59,080 nt of DNA from positions 1-59,080 of IMG/VR virus record IMGVR_UViG_3300031965_000032; one strand, written 5' to 3'. Every line of letters begins with the position of its first letter. Position 1 is the stretch's first letter. The notes below the pieces were generated by a model that made no database searches, was not told the origin of the DNA, and saw only the letters and a program-made list of their open reading frames with translations. Source of the DNA: a virus. Lineage: Duplodnaviria; Caudoviricetes. The position numbers and the translations under genes are program-made. Shown here piece after piece: positions 1 to 8,892 of the stretch.

Positions 1-149
1 CGAGGAACTTCGGGCTTTCGTGCTGCGAACGATGGCCAATGAAAAAATGTGCGATCTCAGACTAGCACTGGAACTCTGTATTGGCTGGGAGCGTGCCTAC
101 GAGGAAGTGGAAAATCTACTCGACGCGCTGCGTGTGGTCTCCGCCAAGG
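1..149. repeat. Terminal direct repeat, left copy (circular assembly overlap)
   Basis: Bases 1-149 match 58932-59080 except G127 vs A59058; an ORF reads through the junction. Confidence 0.97.
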
Positions 150-412
150 CGCCGGACGCGACGATCGATGTGCTGATCGCGGCGAAGCGCCGGCTCGGCT
201 ATGATCCACAATTCGAGGCCCTGCTCGCGCGCCGCTGGCGCTGCCCTCACTGCAAGCAGCTTGCGAGCATCGACAAGATCGAACTACCAATCGGTGATCC
301 TGATCGGTTACCACGTTGTGTGATCTGCGGGGGGGAAGGTATTGCGCCGGTCGAGAGGCAGGCACACCTCGACGTGCGCGACGGCGGCAAATCTGGATTG
401 AGGCCGATATGA
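20..412 (+). CDS. Hypothetical protein with C-terminal CxxC...CxxC zinc ribbon; true start is ATG 58885 across the circular junction
   Basis: CPHC and CVIC motifs; the frame continues from ATG 58885, which overlaps the stop of 58604..58888 (ATGA). Confidence 0.7.
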   Translation: MLRTMANEKMCDLRLALELCIGWERAYEEVENLLDALRVVSAKAPDATIDVLIAAKRRLGYDPQFEALLARRWRCPHCKQLASIDKIELPIGDPDRLPRCVICGGEGIAPVERQAHLDVRDGGKSGLRPI

Positions 413-496
413 CTCTCGGCTCGCGCATCGCGGCGTTGGAAAAGGCAGATCATCGATGATCCGCCTCCGAGAATTCGACAGCGTGAAGGTGTCTGG

Positions 497-739
497 ATGA
501 ATGCGACGATCCACCAATTCCCCGAACGCAAGTCATCCGATGACGATGAGTGGCTATTCGACCTCCGCATCGTGCGGATGCCGAACGGGCGCGCTGTCGC
601 CTACTTGATCGACGTTCGCCCGGCTGAATTCGAGACTGCCGAGAGTGTGTCAGCGCGGCTTCGGCGCATCGGCATCATTGCGCTTGAAGCCTCCGCGAAT
701 CTGCTGGCTGTTGCCGACAATCTCAGCGAGACGCCATGA
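497..739 (+). CDS. Hypothetical protein
   Basis: 80-aa ORF co-oriented in the early operon. Confidence 0.55.
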   Translation: MNATIHQFPERKSSDDDEWLFDLRIVRMPNGRAVAYLIDVRPAEFETAESVSARLRRIGIIALEASANLLAVADNLSETP

Positions 740-779
740 CTACCTCCCCCGACACAGAGCCGGACCGGCGGGAGACGCT

Positions 780-965
780 GTGAGCAACCGCCCCGCGATA
801 GTCTCTCAGGCCGATGTTGCCCGCGTCATTCGGGCATGTCGCAAGGAGGGGCTTGTCGTTGATCGTATTATCGTCAAGGGGGATCGAGTCGAAGTCGAAG
901 CAGTCAAGGATAGCGGGGAAGGTCAGACAATCAGGGTTGAACGCGAGAAGGATATAGTCCTGTGA
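780..965 (+). CDS. Small protein directly upstream of the integrase, possible excisionase/recombination directionality factor
   Basis: GTG start with GGAG SD; RPAIVSQADVARVIRA resembles small integrase-linked proteins of alphaproteobacterial prophages; stop overlaps the integrase ORF. Confidence 0.55.
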   Translation: MSNRPAIVSQADVARVIRACRKEGLVVDRIIVKGDRVEVEAVKDSGEGQTIRVEREKDIVL

Positions 966-2065
966 TCGACGCCATGCCACGCCCCCGTCCACCGCATCTG
1001 CACCGGGAAACTACCCGGCACGGAACGGCTGCCTGGTACGTCCGCAGAGGCAAGGGCGCGCGTATCAGGATAAGGGGCAACTACGGCACCTCGGAATTTG
1101 AGGCCGCCTATCAGGCCGCGCTGCGGGGTGAAGCGGCACCGCAACGTAGCCGGTTCGGAACCGGGACGCTGGGATGGCTGATTACCCGCTACCGGGAGAG
1201 CGCGGCCTGGTGTGCGCTATCCTTGGCGACTCGACGACAACGCGAGAATATCTTTCTGCACGTCATCGCGAGTGCCGGCCAAGACGCTGCCGTGCGGATC
1301 GATCGCAAGGTCATCGTTGCCGGACGAGACCGCCGCCGTGCTACACCGAATGCAGCTCGGCACTTCGTCCAGACGATGCGCGGGCTGTTCCAATGGGCGC
1401 TGGAATCCGATTTGGTGGCCATTGACCCAACGCAGGGGGTGTCGGCGCCACGGCCAAGATCGGATGGTCACCATAGCTGGACGGAAGACGAATGCGAGGC
1501 GTTCGAAGTACGCTGGCCGCTTGGTACACGCGAGCGGGTTGCCTTCGACGTGCTGCTCTATACTGGCCTGCGCCGCGGCGACGCTGTGCGTCTTGGTCGT
1601 CCGCACGTTAAGAATGGTGTTGCCACCATTCGCACCGAAAAAACTGGGGAGGTTGTAGCCATCCCGATACTGCCGCCGTTGCTTGCCTCGATCGCTGCTG
1701 GACCGATCGGCGAGTTGACATTCATCGCAGGCGAGCGTGGCGGTCCCCTAGCAAAGGAATCGTTTGGAACGTGGTTTCGGAAAGCCTGCGATGCGGCTGG
1801 TGTGCCGGGATCGGCACATGGGCTGCGTAAGGCTGGCGCGACACGCGCGGCCGAGAACGGCGCGACGGTCGCGCAGCTAGAAGCGTTGTTCGGCTGGCGC
1901 GGCGGCGGGATGGCGTCGCTCTACACGCGCCGGGCCGACCGGGAACGGTTGTCGCGCGAAGCCGCCGACAAGCTGCTTTCGGGACAGGACCGGAACATCT
2001 ATTCCCGCACCTTGGCAAACGGTGCGGGCGTGGCGCCAATTAACACAACGAAATCAGGTACTTGA
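962..2065 (+). CDS. int: Tyrosine recombinase / phage integrase
   Basis: YTGLRRGD (catalytic R), TEKTG (K), HGLRKAGAT (HxxR), FGW and SLYT (Y) motifs; likely start ATG 974. Confidence 0.95.
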   Translation: MIDAMPRPRPPHLHRETTRHGTAAWYVRRGKGARIRIRGNYGTSEFEAAYQAALRGEAAPQRSRFGTGTLGWLITRYRESAAWCALSLATRRQRENIFLHVIASAGQDAAVRIDRKVIVAGRDRRRATPNAARHFVQTMRGLFQWALESDLVAIDPTQGVSAPRPRSDGHHSWTEDECEAFEVRWPLGTRERVAFDVLLYTGLRRGDAVRLGRPHVKNGVATIRTEKTGEVVAIPILPPLLASIAAGPIGELTFIAGERGGPLAKESFGTWFRKACDAAGVPGSAHGLRKAGATRAAENGATVAQLEALFGWRGGGMASLYTRRADRERLSREAADKLLSGQDRNIYSRTLANGAGVAPINTTKSGT

Positions 2066-2185
2066 AAATGCAGTGGTGGGCGCACAAGATCACGGATATT
2101 CCATTCAGATCAACCTTGATCGGAACAGGTGCGGGAAATTGTGGCTCATTGTTGCGAAAGAATTATTTTAACCTGTTCCCGCACC
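2003..2185. mobile_element. attP: 15-bp core 2074-2088 (minus strand CTTGTGCGCCCACCA, a tRNA 3' end, probably tRNA-Lys) flanked by four CCCGCACC arm-type sites
   Basis: Core ends in CCA like a tRNA acceptor end; arm repeats at 2003-2011, 2021-2028 (inverted), 2128-2136 (inverted) and 2176-2185; directly downstream of int. Confidence 0.8.
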
Positions 2186-2201
2186 AGAACGGAGATCGCC
2201 C

Positions 2202-2414
2202 ATGCCCACCAAGCAACTGACCCCGGAAGCGCAGGCCGCAACCATGATGACTGCTTGGGATAATGTGATAGCTGATCTTGAACGACGCCGCGATGAGTTA
2301 ACCAAAGCCATCGAGGCAGTGAAAAATTGCCGCCAGTTGGCTGAAAGAATCGAACCGCCGGTGTGCGAAATTGATTTCAGTCGAGCGCCGATCCTGCGTC
2401 AGTTATTGAGTTGA
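2202..2414 (+). CDS. Hypothetical coiled-coil protein
   Basis: GGAG SD; 70 aa, helical. Confidence 0.6.
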   Translation: MPTKQLTPEAQAATMMTAWDNVIADLERRRDELTKAIEAVKNCRQLAERIEPPVCEIDFSRAPILRQLLS

Positions 2415-2697
2415 GATTCCGCAGGGCCGTCAGTGGCCCGGGGGGGGGGCGCGCAATACGAATTTCTGGCGCTCAAGAGGACAAGATGTGATGGCAGATG
2501 AGCACATTGAAGAGCGGGAGAACTTTTGCCGCACTTGCGGCGGGCGCCGCTACGCCTCGTTAGATCGCCGAACGGGCCGCGCCATTGTGGCGCTGCCGTC
2601 ATGTTGCCAGACCGAGGATCGATGTGGGCAAGCAATCCTGCCGGGCTTCGCACGGCCCCCCGCCTACCTGCCGCGCTGACAACTTCACCGGAGCAAA

Positions 2698-2892
2698 ATG
2701 ATGTGCGCAATATGCGGCGGGTCAGGATACAGGCCAGCGGTCCGCTACGGGCAAGGGTGGGGGACCGGCGGCGATGCTGTCTTCTGGGCTGACCATGCCG
2801 TGATGGAACCGTGCGAATGCCGGAGATGGGACTGGCCAGATTCACCGCAACCGATCTACATCGCGTTGCCTGACGACCTCACCCCGCCGTGA
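2698..2892 (+). CDS. Small Cys-rich hypothetical protein
   Basis: CAICGGSG...CEC zinc-finger-like motif; GGAG SD. Confidence 0.45.
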   Translation: MMCAICGGSGYRPAVRYGQGWGTGGDAVFWADHAVMEPCECRRWDWPDSPQPIYIALPDDLTPP

Positions 2893-2960
2893 CGGAAAGA
2901 GAGCATTTTAATGACGACACCACAATTGCCAACGCGATCCGTGTACGACGCGGCTACCCC

Positions 2961-3326
2961 CTACGCACAAACATGACACGCTGCTTTCAGTGCGGAAATC
3001 ATGATTTTGCGGGCGAATTCGCGCCGACTTTCGTCAAGATCGGCCCATGCAAGCCCGCGCGCGGGATCAATGCGCGCGGCTTCGTCAGCCGCTGCCGATG
3101 CCATCGCGTCAATCAAACCGCCGGTCGGAACCTGGAGAATCTCGCTAATGCTGGGGTCACAAACGAGCACCTTCACACCATCCGGTATGATGCGATAGGC
3201 GCTTTCGCGGACGCGCATGGCTTGATCGCCAGTCAGAACCTTTTGGCTTTTAACGACCAAGGTATCGGCCGCAGTCAACTTGAGTTTTGCAACTTCCATC
3301 TGGAAAGTGGTCATGACGATAATCAA
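2961..3326 (-). CDS. Hypothetical protein, end of late operon
   Basis: 121-aa ORF co-oriented with the late genes. Confidence 0.55.
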   Translation of the reverse strand: MIIVMTTFQMEVAKLKLTAADTLVVKSQKVLTGDQAMRVRESAYRIIPDGVKVLVCDPSISEILQVPTGGLIDAMASAAADEAARIDPARGLAWADLDESRREFARKIMISALKAACHVCA

Positions 3327-3387
3327 TCCCTAGTGGGTGTGTGTGTTAACGGACGGGACAATCGTGACCCCCCCTGGTGTCAGTCTC

Positions 3388-3903
3388 CTATTTGGTGATG
3401 TATGTCACAATTGCGATGACGACACTCACGACGGCGACGAGCACTGCGCCGATTGTGAGCGTGATCGCATTGGTCGCTTGTGTGCCGATGTTTTGTCCGG
3501 CCTGTGTCGCCAGCCCGAGCTCCACACGCTTGACGCCGCCCGGAAGATTGACGATGCCAAGCTCGACACTCTTCAACCGAGTTTCGAATGCAACCGCCTG
3601 CAGATCGGCTTTGCGCTGCCACTCGTGAGTTTCAGCACGCCCTCTTTCGTACAGTTCGCGGGGAAGGTAGGTGCCCAGAACCTCTCTCGCCTGCTCGTGT
3701 GCGTGATTGAGGATATCCAGCCGGCGCTCATTCTCTTTCGCCTGGAGTGCAAGTGCCTTGGCGAGAGCGTCCAGCTCGCGTTCGAGCCAACGGCGATCCT
3801 CGGCGCGCAGATCGTCACGCCGCTTTTCATGCTCCGCGACGATGCGCTCGATGAAATCGCGCAGAGAGACGTGGTCGTTCATTCGCTTTCTCTCGGCCCT
3901 CAC
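3388..3903 (-). CDS. Coiled-coil protein with C-terminal transmembrane helix (lysis-region membrane protein)
   Basis: Long charged helix followed by ITLTIGAVLVAVVSVVIAIVTYI; overlaps the upstream holin-like gene. Confidence 0.65.
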   Translation of the reverse strand: MRAERKRMNDHVSLRDFIERIVAEHEKRRDDLRAEDRRWLERELDALAKALALQAKENERRLDILNHAHEQAREVLGTYLPRELYERGRAETHEWQRKADLQAVAFETRLKSVELGIVNLPGGVKRVELGLATQAGQNIGTQATNAITLTIGAVLVAVVSVVIAIVTYITK

Positions 3904-4064
3904 GCCGGCTTGTTCGGCACCAGGAACACGAACAGCGTCGCCAGCGCGGTCACCGCCAGCGCCTGGATCTCCGGAGAGACCTGCAAGCCGAACAGATGGT
4001 TGAGCACCGGTACGGCGCCGCTGACCAGCATGGCGGCGAACGCCTTGTCGAATTTGGTAAACAT
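3900..4064 (-). CDS. Putative holin (two hydrophobic segments, 54 aa)
   Basis: MFTKFDKAFAAMLVSGAV...ALAVTALATLFVFLVPNKPA; AGGAG SD; VPNK C-terminus typical of small holins. Confidence 0.6.
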   Translation of the reverse strand: MFTKFDKAFAAMLVSGAVPVLNHLFGLQVSPEIQALAVTALATLFVFLVPNKPA

Positions 4065-4102
4065 TTTTGCTGCTCCTTTGGTTTCGCGTTTTTTCGCAAT
4101 TG

Positions 4103-4420
4103 CTACGATTGCCGCGCCGCGGCGATCGCGGCGAGCGCGCGGGTGATCGCGGTGAGCGCCGATTTCAGATCGCGCGGCAGCGGCCCCTCGCACACCGCCA
4201 CGGCCGAGGCGTAGGCCGTGGCCTCGATCTCGCGCGCCTTCGCATCGACATTGTTGAACGCCGCATAGACCAGGAACGCGGCATGCGCCGGCCCGAGCGT
4301 GCCGCAGGCCGTGGCATAGCCGCGCTCGGCATCGCTTTGCGGCGGCCCGCCGGGAATGCCGGCGCAGCCGGCGAGCGCAATGGCGCAGGCGAGCGCGACC
4401 GCGCGGAACAAGCGTGTCAT
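4103..4420 (-). CDS. Lipoprotein, possible spanin component
   Basis: Lipobox LAGC after a hydrophobic signal peptide; lies in the lysis region. Confidence 0.65.
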   Translation of the reverse strand: MTRLFRAVALACAIALAGCAGIPGGPPQSDAERGYATACGTLGPAHAAFLVYAAFNNVDAKAREIEATAYASAVAVCEGPLPRDLKSALTAITRALAAIAAARQS

Positions 4421-4504
4421 GGTTTCACCTTCGTTGGATTGCCCGGCGGACCCGGCGGGCGCGGGTTTCAGGAGGCGCTACAAACGTGCCGTAAGCGGCG
4501 GCTT

Positions 4505-4900
4505 TTAAGCACCATCCCCTTTCGGCTCGGCGAGCGTGAACCAAACCGTACCGTCCGCCGCCGACACCATGCCGAACGGCAGCAACACGACTCTCCAAAC
4601 CAGGAACGGAACAACGCCGAGTTGGCCGGTCGGCGAGTCGATGACCTTCACTTGCTTGCCGCGCACGCCGAGAATGTGCGTGTAGATGCAGGCGGCCGGG
4701 GCGCTCGGCTTCGCCTCCTTTGCTTTGACGTTTACGGCGTCGATACCAGCTCGGGCATCGCCTAGTTCCGCCCCGAGCTTAACGACCTGCTCGATCTGTT
4801 CCGGCGTGTCACAGAAGATGCCTTGAAAAAACTCAGGTTCCTGCGCCTGCACAGGAACGATGACCGCCAGCACCAGCGCGGCGAGAAGAGCACGTTTCAT
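4505..4900 (-). CDS. Secreted/periplasmic hypothetical protein
   Basis: Sec signal peptide MKRALLAALVLAVIVPVQA; two Cys; GAGG SD. Confidence 0.7.
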   Translation of the reverse strand: MKRALLAALVLAVIVPVQAQEPEFFQGIFCDTPEQIEQVVKLGAELGDARAGIDAVNVKAKEAKPSAPAACIYTHILGVRGKQVKVIDSPTGQLGVVPFLVWRVVLLPFGMVSAADGTVWFTLAEPKGDGA

Positions 4901-4943
4901 TTTGTTGCCGTCCTCTCGTTCAGTAGAACATCCGCCTTGGCCA

Positions 4944-5036
4944 TCAGTCGGCCTGAAACGGCGGGTTGACTCCGAACAACAACCGCCATTCCCATGACAA
5001 CAGCGTGCAGCCGTCGGATTTGAACGGTCTGGTCAT
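4944..5036 (-). pseudogene. Remnant of a prokaryotic phospholipase A2-like (FxxDGC) gene
   Basis: MTRPFKSDGCTLLSWEWRLLFGVNPPFQAD then stop, just before the expected CCxxHD motif; family recalled from memory. Confidence 0.4.
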
Positions 5037-5167
5037 GATCAGAGAAGCGCCGGATAGATCAGGATCAGCGCGGCGATGGCCGCGACCGTCAGCAGGTATT
5101 GCGGAATTCCGAATAGGCTGGGAACCTGGCTTGCGCCGCAGTCGGTTTGCTATAGGGTGGTGTGATT

Positions 5168-5257
5168 ATGGCGTTGGGACGCGTACTGCTCTACTTCGCT
5201 TTCGGCGCATATTTTGCGCTGATGTACTGGTTCATGATCGGGGCGCCGACGCCTTAG
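5168..5257 (+). CDS. 29-aa single-transmembrane peptide (not in the ORF track)
   Basis: MALGRVLLYFAFGAYFALMYWFMIGAPTP; GGTG SD-like sequence and TGCTATAG -10-like element upstream; convergent with the tail gene stop. Confidence 0.45.
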   Translation: MALGRVLLYFAFGAYFALMYWFMIGAPTP

Positions 5258-6570
5258 CTCAGCGTCACTTTCGGATCGACATAGAACGTGGTGGATGGCA
5301 GCGCCGCGTGCACCGTGACGTATATCCAGCCCTTCTCCTGCGGCGTGAACGTCACCGACATACTGAAGTCGGTCGTACCGCCGCCCCAGGTCTCGCCCGC
5401 CTCTGCACCCTGAGCGGCTGGCGCGTGCAGTGGCGTAGCAACACCGTTGTTCACTCTCGACGAGATCGGAAAACCTGACGTTCCGAGATACTGTGCCTCG
5501 ATCCAGATTTCGTCGTTGTTCGGCACCGCGCCGCCGCCCCAGGTGCCGTGCACCTTGGCCGTAACAGCCGACCCGACAGTCTCATTCCAGATCGCAATCG
5601 GCATCGAGACGAACGGCCGCGGGATTTCCGAGTTGGCCGTGGTGACGATCTTCCAGGCAACAGGAGTGGTGCCGTCCGAAGCGCCGCCAGTGCGGACAAT
5701 CGTCGTCTCGGTGGTGAAAGTTCCTTCGTAGCGATAGCTCTCGTTGCGGTAATTGGTGTCACCGGAATCGCAGTTGATCAGATCCACCTCGCAGTCACCT
5801 GGAACGGCCGGAGTTCCCGCCACAGTCACCGACGCGCCGAGCTTACAATCCCTCATTTGAATGACAACAGGAACATTTCCTGTCGGGGCAAACAGCGTCT
5901 TGCCGACCCCGAACGCACTAAGATCACAACCGACCAATTTTATATAGTGGCCATGTTGCGTATTTGTGCTGAAGAACAACACGTTCGGCACAGCCGCGCC
6001 AGCGAACGTACAATTATAGTATTCAACAGGGCGCCATGTCGCCATCGAATTGGCGGTCGACGGAAAGGTGAACGTGCAGTTCTTCCAATGTGTCACGCCG
6101 ACCGAACTCGTAGTTCCTGATTGTAGAATGAAGCCGCCCGTACCGTCCGCTTGCCACGTACAATTATCGAACACTGGGGATGCGCTAGCAGATGCCGAAC
6201 AGTTAAATACTGCCTGCGAAGCACCGCCGCCGACGTGCCAGTTGATCCCGTACATGTAGAACGTGCCGTTGCACGTAATACCTGCGGCGTTGTTGGTCGT
6301 GGTCACCGTGGCCGTCGTGGCCAGATCGGCAGCGACAGGCGGGACCGAGCCGGCTTTGTTGACGCAATAGATCAGGTTCGGGGCGGCGACCGTGCCTGGG
6401 AATGTGATCGTGATCGCCGTCGCCTGCGTCTCGGCGTGATTGTGCGCAACGAAGAAGCTGTCACCCGCTGCCTTGCCTGAAGCCGCTGCCGCAAGCGTCG
6501 TATAGGCGTCGGCCCAGCTTGTGCCGTCCGCAGCGCCAGCGGCATTTGAATCGACGTAATAGGATGCCAT
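5254..6570 (-). CDS. Virion fibre/tailspike-like parallel beta-helix protein
   Basis: YYVDSNAAGAADGTSWADAYTTL N-terminus and repeated xxNCTF rungs; Thr/Gly/Ala rich; tail-tip region. Confidence 0.7.
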   Translation of the reverse strand: MASYYVDSNAAGAADGTSWADAYTTLAAAASGKAAGDSFFVAHNHAETQATAITITFPGTVAAPNLIYCVNKAGSVPPVAADLATTATVTTTNNAAGITCNGTFYMYGINWHVGGGASQAVFNCSASASASPVFDNCTWQADGTGGFILQSGTTSSVGVTHWKNCTFTFPSTANSMATWRPVEYYNCTFAGAAVPNVLFFSTNTQHGHYIKLVGCDLSAFGVGKTLFAPTGNVPVVIQMRDCKLGASVTVAGTPAVPGDCEVDLINCDSGDTNYRNESYRYEGTFTTETTIVRTGGASDGTTPVAWKIVTTANSEIPRPFVSMPIAIWNETVGSAVTAKVHGTWGGGAVPNNDEIWIEAQYLGTSGFPISSRVNNGVATPLHAPAAQGAEAGETWGGGTTDFSMSVTFTPQEKGWIYVTVHAALPSTTFYVDPKVTLS

Positions 6571-6574
6571 TGGT

Positions 6575-7678
6575 TTATCCGTCCATCATCGTGCCGGGCA
6601 GCATCGCCTGGCGGGAGCTCGTGTTGACGAAAGTCGGAAACGGGAAACCGCCGAGCATCGCTTGCCTGTCAGCGGATTCCGTCGCGAAACTCGCCGAGGT
6701 CGCCACGGTTGACTGATTGCCGATCGCATCCTCGTGCATGTAATGCACATAGTAGGTCGTACCCGCAGATAACCCGGTCGCACCGCCGCTGATGTTCTGC
6801 GTACCGGTCCCGCTCACCGCCTGGCTGCCGGAGTCGTCCGCCGCCGCGCCGGTGTGATCCTTCCCGGCCTTGACCTGCGCTTTTGTTGGTCCGGTCGCGC
6901 TCTGCGTCACAACCTCATACAGTGTGCCATTGCCTTCATCGCTATCCACCGAAAGGTCCGCGGTGGTCTGGCCAGTCGCCGTTCCAATGGCGGCTGATAG
7001 CGTCGGCGCAACCGCATCCGCCGCCTCGCTCACCCACGTCAGCGTGACCGTGAATTCTCCGGTATCGGACGAGTGGAAATATCCGGCGACGCCGGCCTGC
7101 GCCGCTTCCGCAACGTCGGCGAACGGCGTGAACGCTTGTGCAGTTGCTTCGTTGTCCCAGTTGGCCTGCGCGTCGGCCGACGTGTCGAATTCGTAGCTCG
7201 CACCGTCTACGCTGGTGACGAGACGCACGTCGGCGCCGTGCTGGTTGCCTGTGGTCGGCGCGCCGTGGTCAATCTCCGTATGTCCAGTCGGCTTGTTCCA
7301 GCCGTGCGGCGGCGCGCCACGAATCGAAACGGCGCGCGTGCTGCTGCTGCCTTGCCCTTGCAACAGCACCAACCTGAACTTGTTCCCCTGCTTGAAGCCG
7401 AATCCCAATGCCGCGAGGTTGCCGCCAAGCGTCAGTTTGGACAGGTCGGCGACAAAGTTCACCTTGTAGGCAAAATTGGATTGCAGCGCCTCGACGGGAT
7501 AGACGAACTTGCCGTAGAATCCCGCCTTGATCTTGCCTCGGATGACGATCTCGTCGCTGATCACTTCGACGGTCGGCGGTTCCTCGAAACCCTCAAAGAT
7601 CACGCCGTCGTCGGTGACGCCGGACAGCGCTGGCTTGTTGTGCCGGGGCGAGAGACCGAGTCGTAGTCCTGTTCGCAT
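6575..7678 (-). CDS. Virion fibre protein with beta-sandwich domain and C-terminal fibronectin type III-like domain
   Basis: APTLS...GLSAGTTYYVHY...GNQSTV FN3-like pattern. Confidence 0.65.
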   Translation of the reverse strand: MRTGLRLGLSPRHNKPALSGVTDDGVIFEGFEEPPTVEVISDEIVIRGKIKAGFYGKFVYPVEALQSNFAYKVNFVADLSKLTLGGNLAALGFGFKQGNKFRLVLLQGQGSSSTRAVSIRGAPPHGWNKPTGHTEIDHGAPTTGNQHGADVRLVTSVDGASYEFDTSADAQANWDNEATAQAFTPFADVAEAAQAGVAGYFHSSDTGEFTVTLTWVSEAADAVAPTLSAAIGTATGQTTADLSVDSDEGNGTLYEVVTQSATGPTKAQVKAGKDHTGAAADDSGSQAVSGTGTQNISGGATGLSAGTTYYVHYMHEDAIGNQSTVATSASFATESADRQAMLGGFPFPTFVNTSSRQAMLPGTMMDG

Positions 7679-7691
7679 GAGAAACCCGATA

Positions 7692-8381
7692 TTAGCTGAG
7701 ACTTGTCAGCGCTGGCAGTGCGCTAGCGGCGAGCAACGGATACACTGTGATTGACAGAATTCGCCCTCGCACTCCGGTTGCCTGATTATGTTCGCCAGCA
7801 AGTACGTAGTCGAGCAGGACGCCAGCAAGTGCTGAAGTGTCAGACGACGCCGCGGAGCCGTTCATCGAAACATGAATTGAGCCGGGAGAGCGGGACAGCG
7901 CAATGCGGTTTTCGGTTTCGGGTGTCCCCGGCGTGGCCTCGCCGCCGACAAAGCGATCGCCGGATGGGTTGCCATCCACGATGAAGTGCGCGTCATAGCC
8001 AACTTCGGTCACTGTGCCGCCGCTCATAACCGCATACATTGTGACCTGGTCGTCACCGCTGTTGTCCAAAGCAAGAACCAGGAAGGCTTGATGCGACGAG
8101 TTTTCGGGAACGAAACGCACCAGCGCGGTAAACGAGCCCAGCAGGATTTTGTCACGCAGCCCGCCGAGCAACTGCACGCCGTCCGGCTCGATTGTAAGTC
8201 CGCTGCCATCCGAAACCGTGACCACGCGGGCCGGATCACTGATGGCATCCGCCACATTAAGTTCAGCCGCCCCGTCCCAATACAATCCCTGCTCGAAATC
8301 GTAATGCGCTAAAGCATTGGCTGGCACCCATCCTGGTGCGACACGGCGGGCGCGACGATTGCTGAGGACACAGATCAACAT
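7692..8381 (-). CDS. Concanavalin A/LamG-like virion protein
   Basis: GSFTALVRF, RIALS...VSMNG and G-x-I-x-SITVYP patterns of ConA-like head/tail fibre domains. Confidence 0.6.
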   Translation of the reverse strand: MLICVLSNRRARRVAPGWVPANALAHYDFEQGLYWDGAAELNVADAISDPARVVTVSDGSGLTIEPDGVQLLGGLRDKILLGSFTALVRFVPENSSHQAFLVLALDNSGDDQVTMYAVMSGGTVTEVGYDAHFIVDGNPSGDRFVGGEATPGTPETENRIALSRSPGSIHVSMNGSAASSDTSALAGVLLDYVLAGEHNQATGVRGRILSITVYPLLAASALPALTSLS

Positions 8382-8382
8382 T

Positions 8383-8892
8383 TTAAGGAATCGCCCTCAA
8401 AAGCACGCGATAATAGGCGCGGTGACTATTCACACCCTCTAGCTCAAATGCATATCGCAGCGAATCAAGCTGTATCGGCACCCAAGCAGTCCCCCCTGAT
8501 ATGAATGTAAGGCCACTCCAATCAATAGAGGCAGGCCCGTCCATCAGCTGACCGAAGACATTAAACGCGCGGATATTTGTGAGACTCAAGTTGTTGATTG
8601 TCACATCGATCGTGTATGGCCGTTCATCGGAGATAACATTCCAAACGTCTGAAAAATACGAATCGCCAATCCCATGCCATGTTCCGACAGTGGCGCCGCC
8701 GGCGCCGACGCGACTAAGCGCCTGTTCGTGTCCAGGAGTCGGCGTTATAGCCGACATGGTCCCGCCTAAGAACCATTCGACCTTAGCAAAGGTTTCGAGA
8801 AATAGGTCGCTAGGCCCTGGGGGAGGTTCAGGCTGGTCATCCTCGTCCGGCCAATGCACATTGACAATGCGATAGAACTTCGTTCCGTCCAT
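8383..8892 (-). CDS. Tail-tip region hypothetical protein (lower GC)
   Basis: Coupled to both neighbours; Pro-rich linker then beta-rich domain. Confidence 0.65.
   Translation of the reverse strand: MDGTKFYRIVNVHWPDEDDQPEPPPGPSDLFLETFAKVEWFLGGTMSAITPTPGHEQALSRVGAGGATVGTWHGIGDSYFSDVWNVISDERPYTIDVTINNLSLTNIRAFNVFGQLMDGPASIDWSGLTFISGGTAWVPIQLDSLRYAFELEGVNSHRAYYRVLLRAIP

Noticed and set aside
1-149. Biological direct terminal repeat (T7-like packaging)
   Set aside because: The length fits a read or k-mer overlap, it splits an ORF, and the terminase is lambda gpA-type with a cos-like signature elsewhere
2074-2088. tRNA gene
   Set aside because: Only the last 15 nt of a tRNA are present, with no T-loop, anticodon or D arm; interpreted as the attP core
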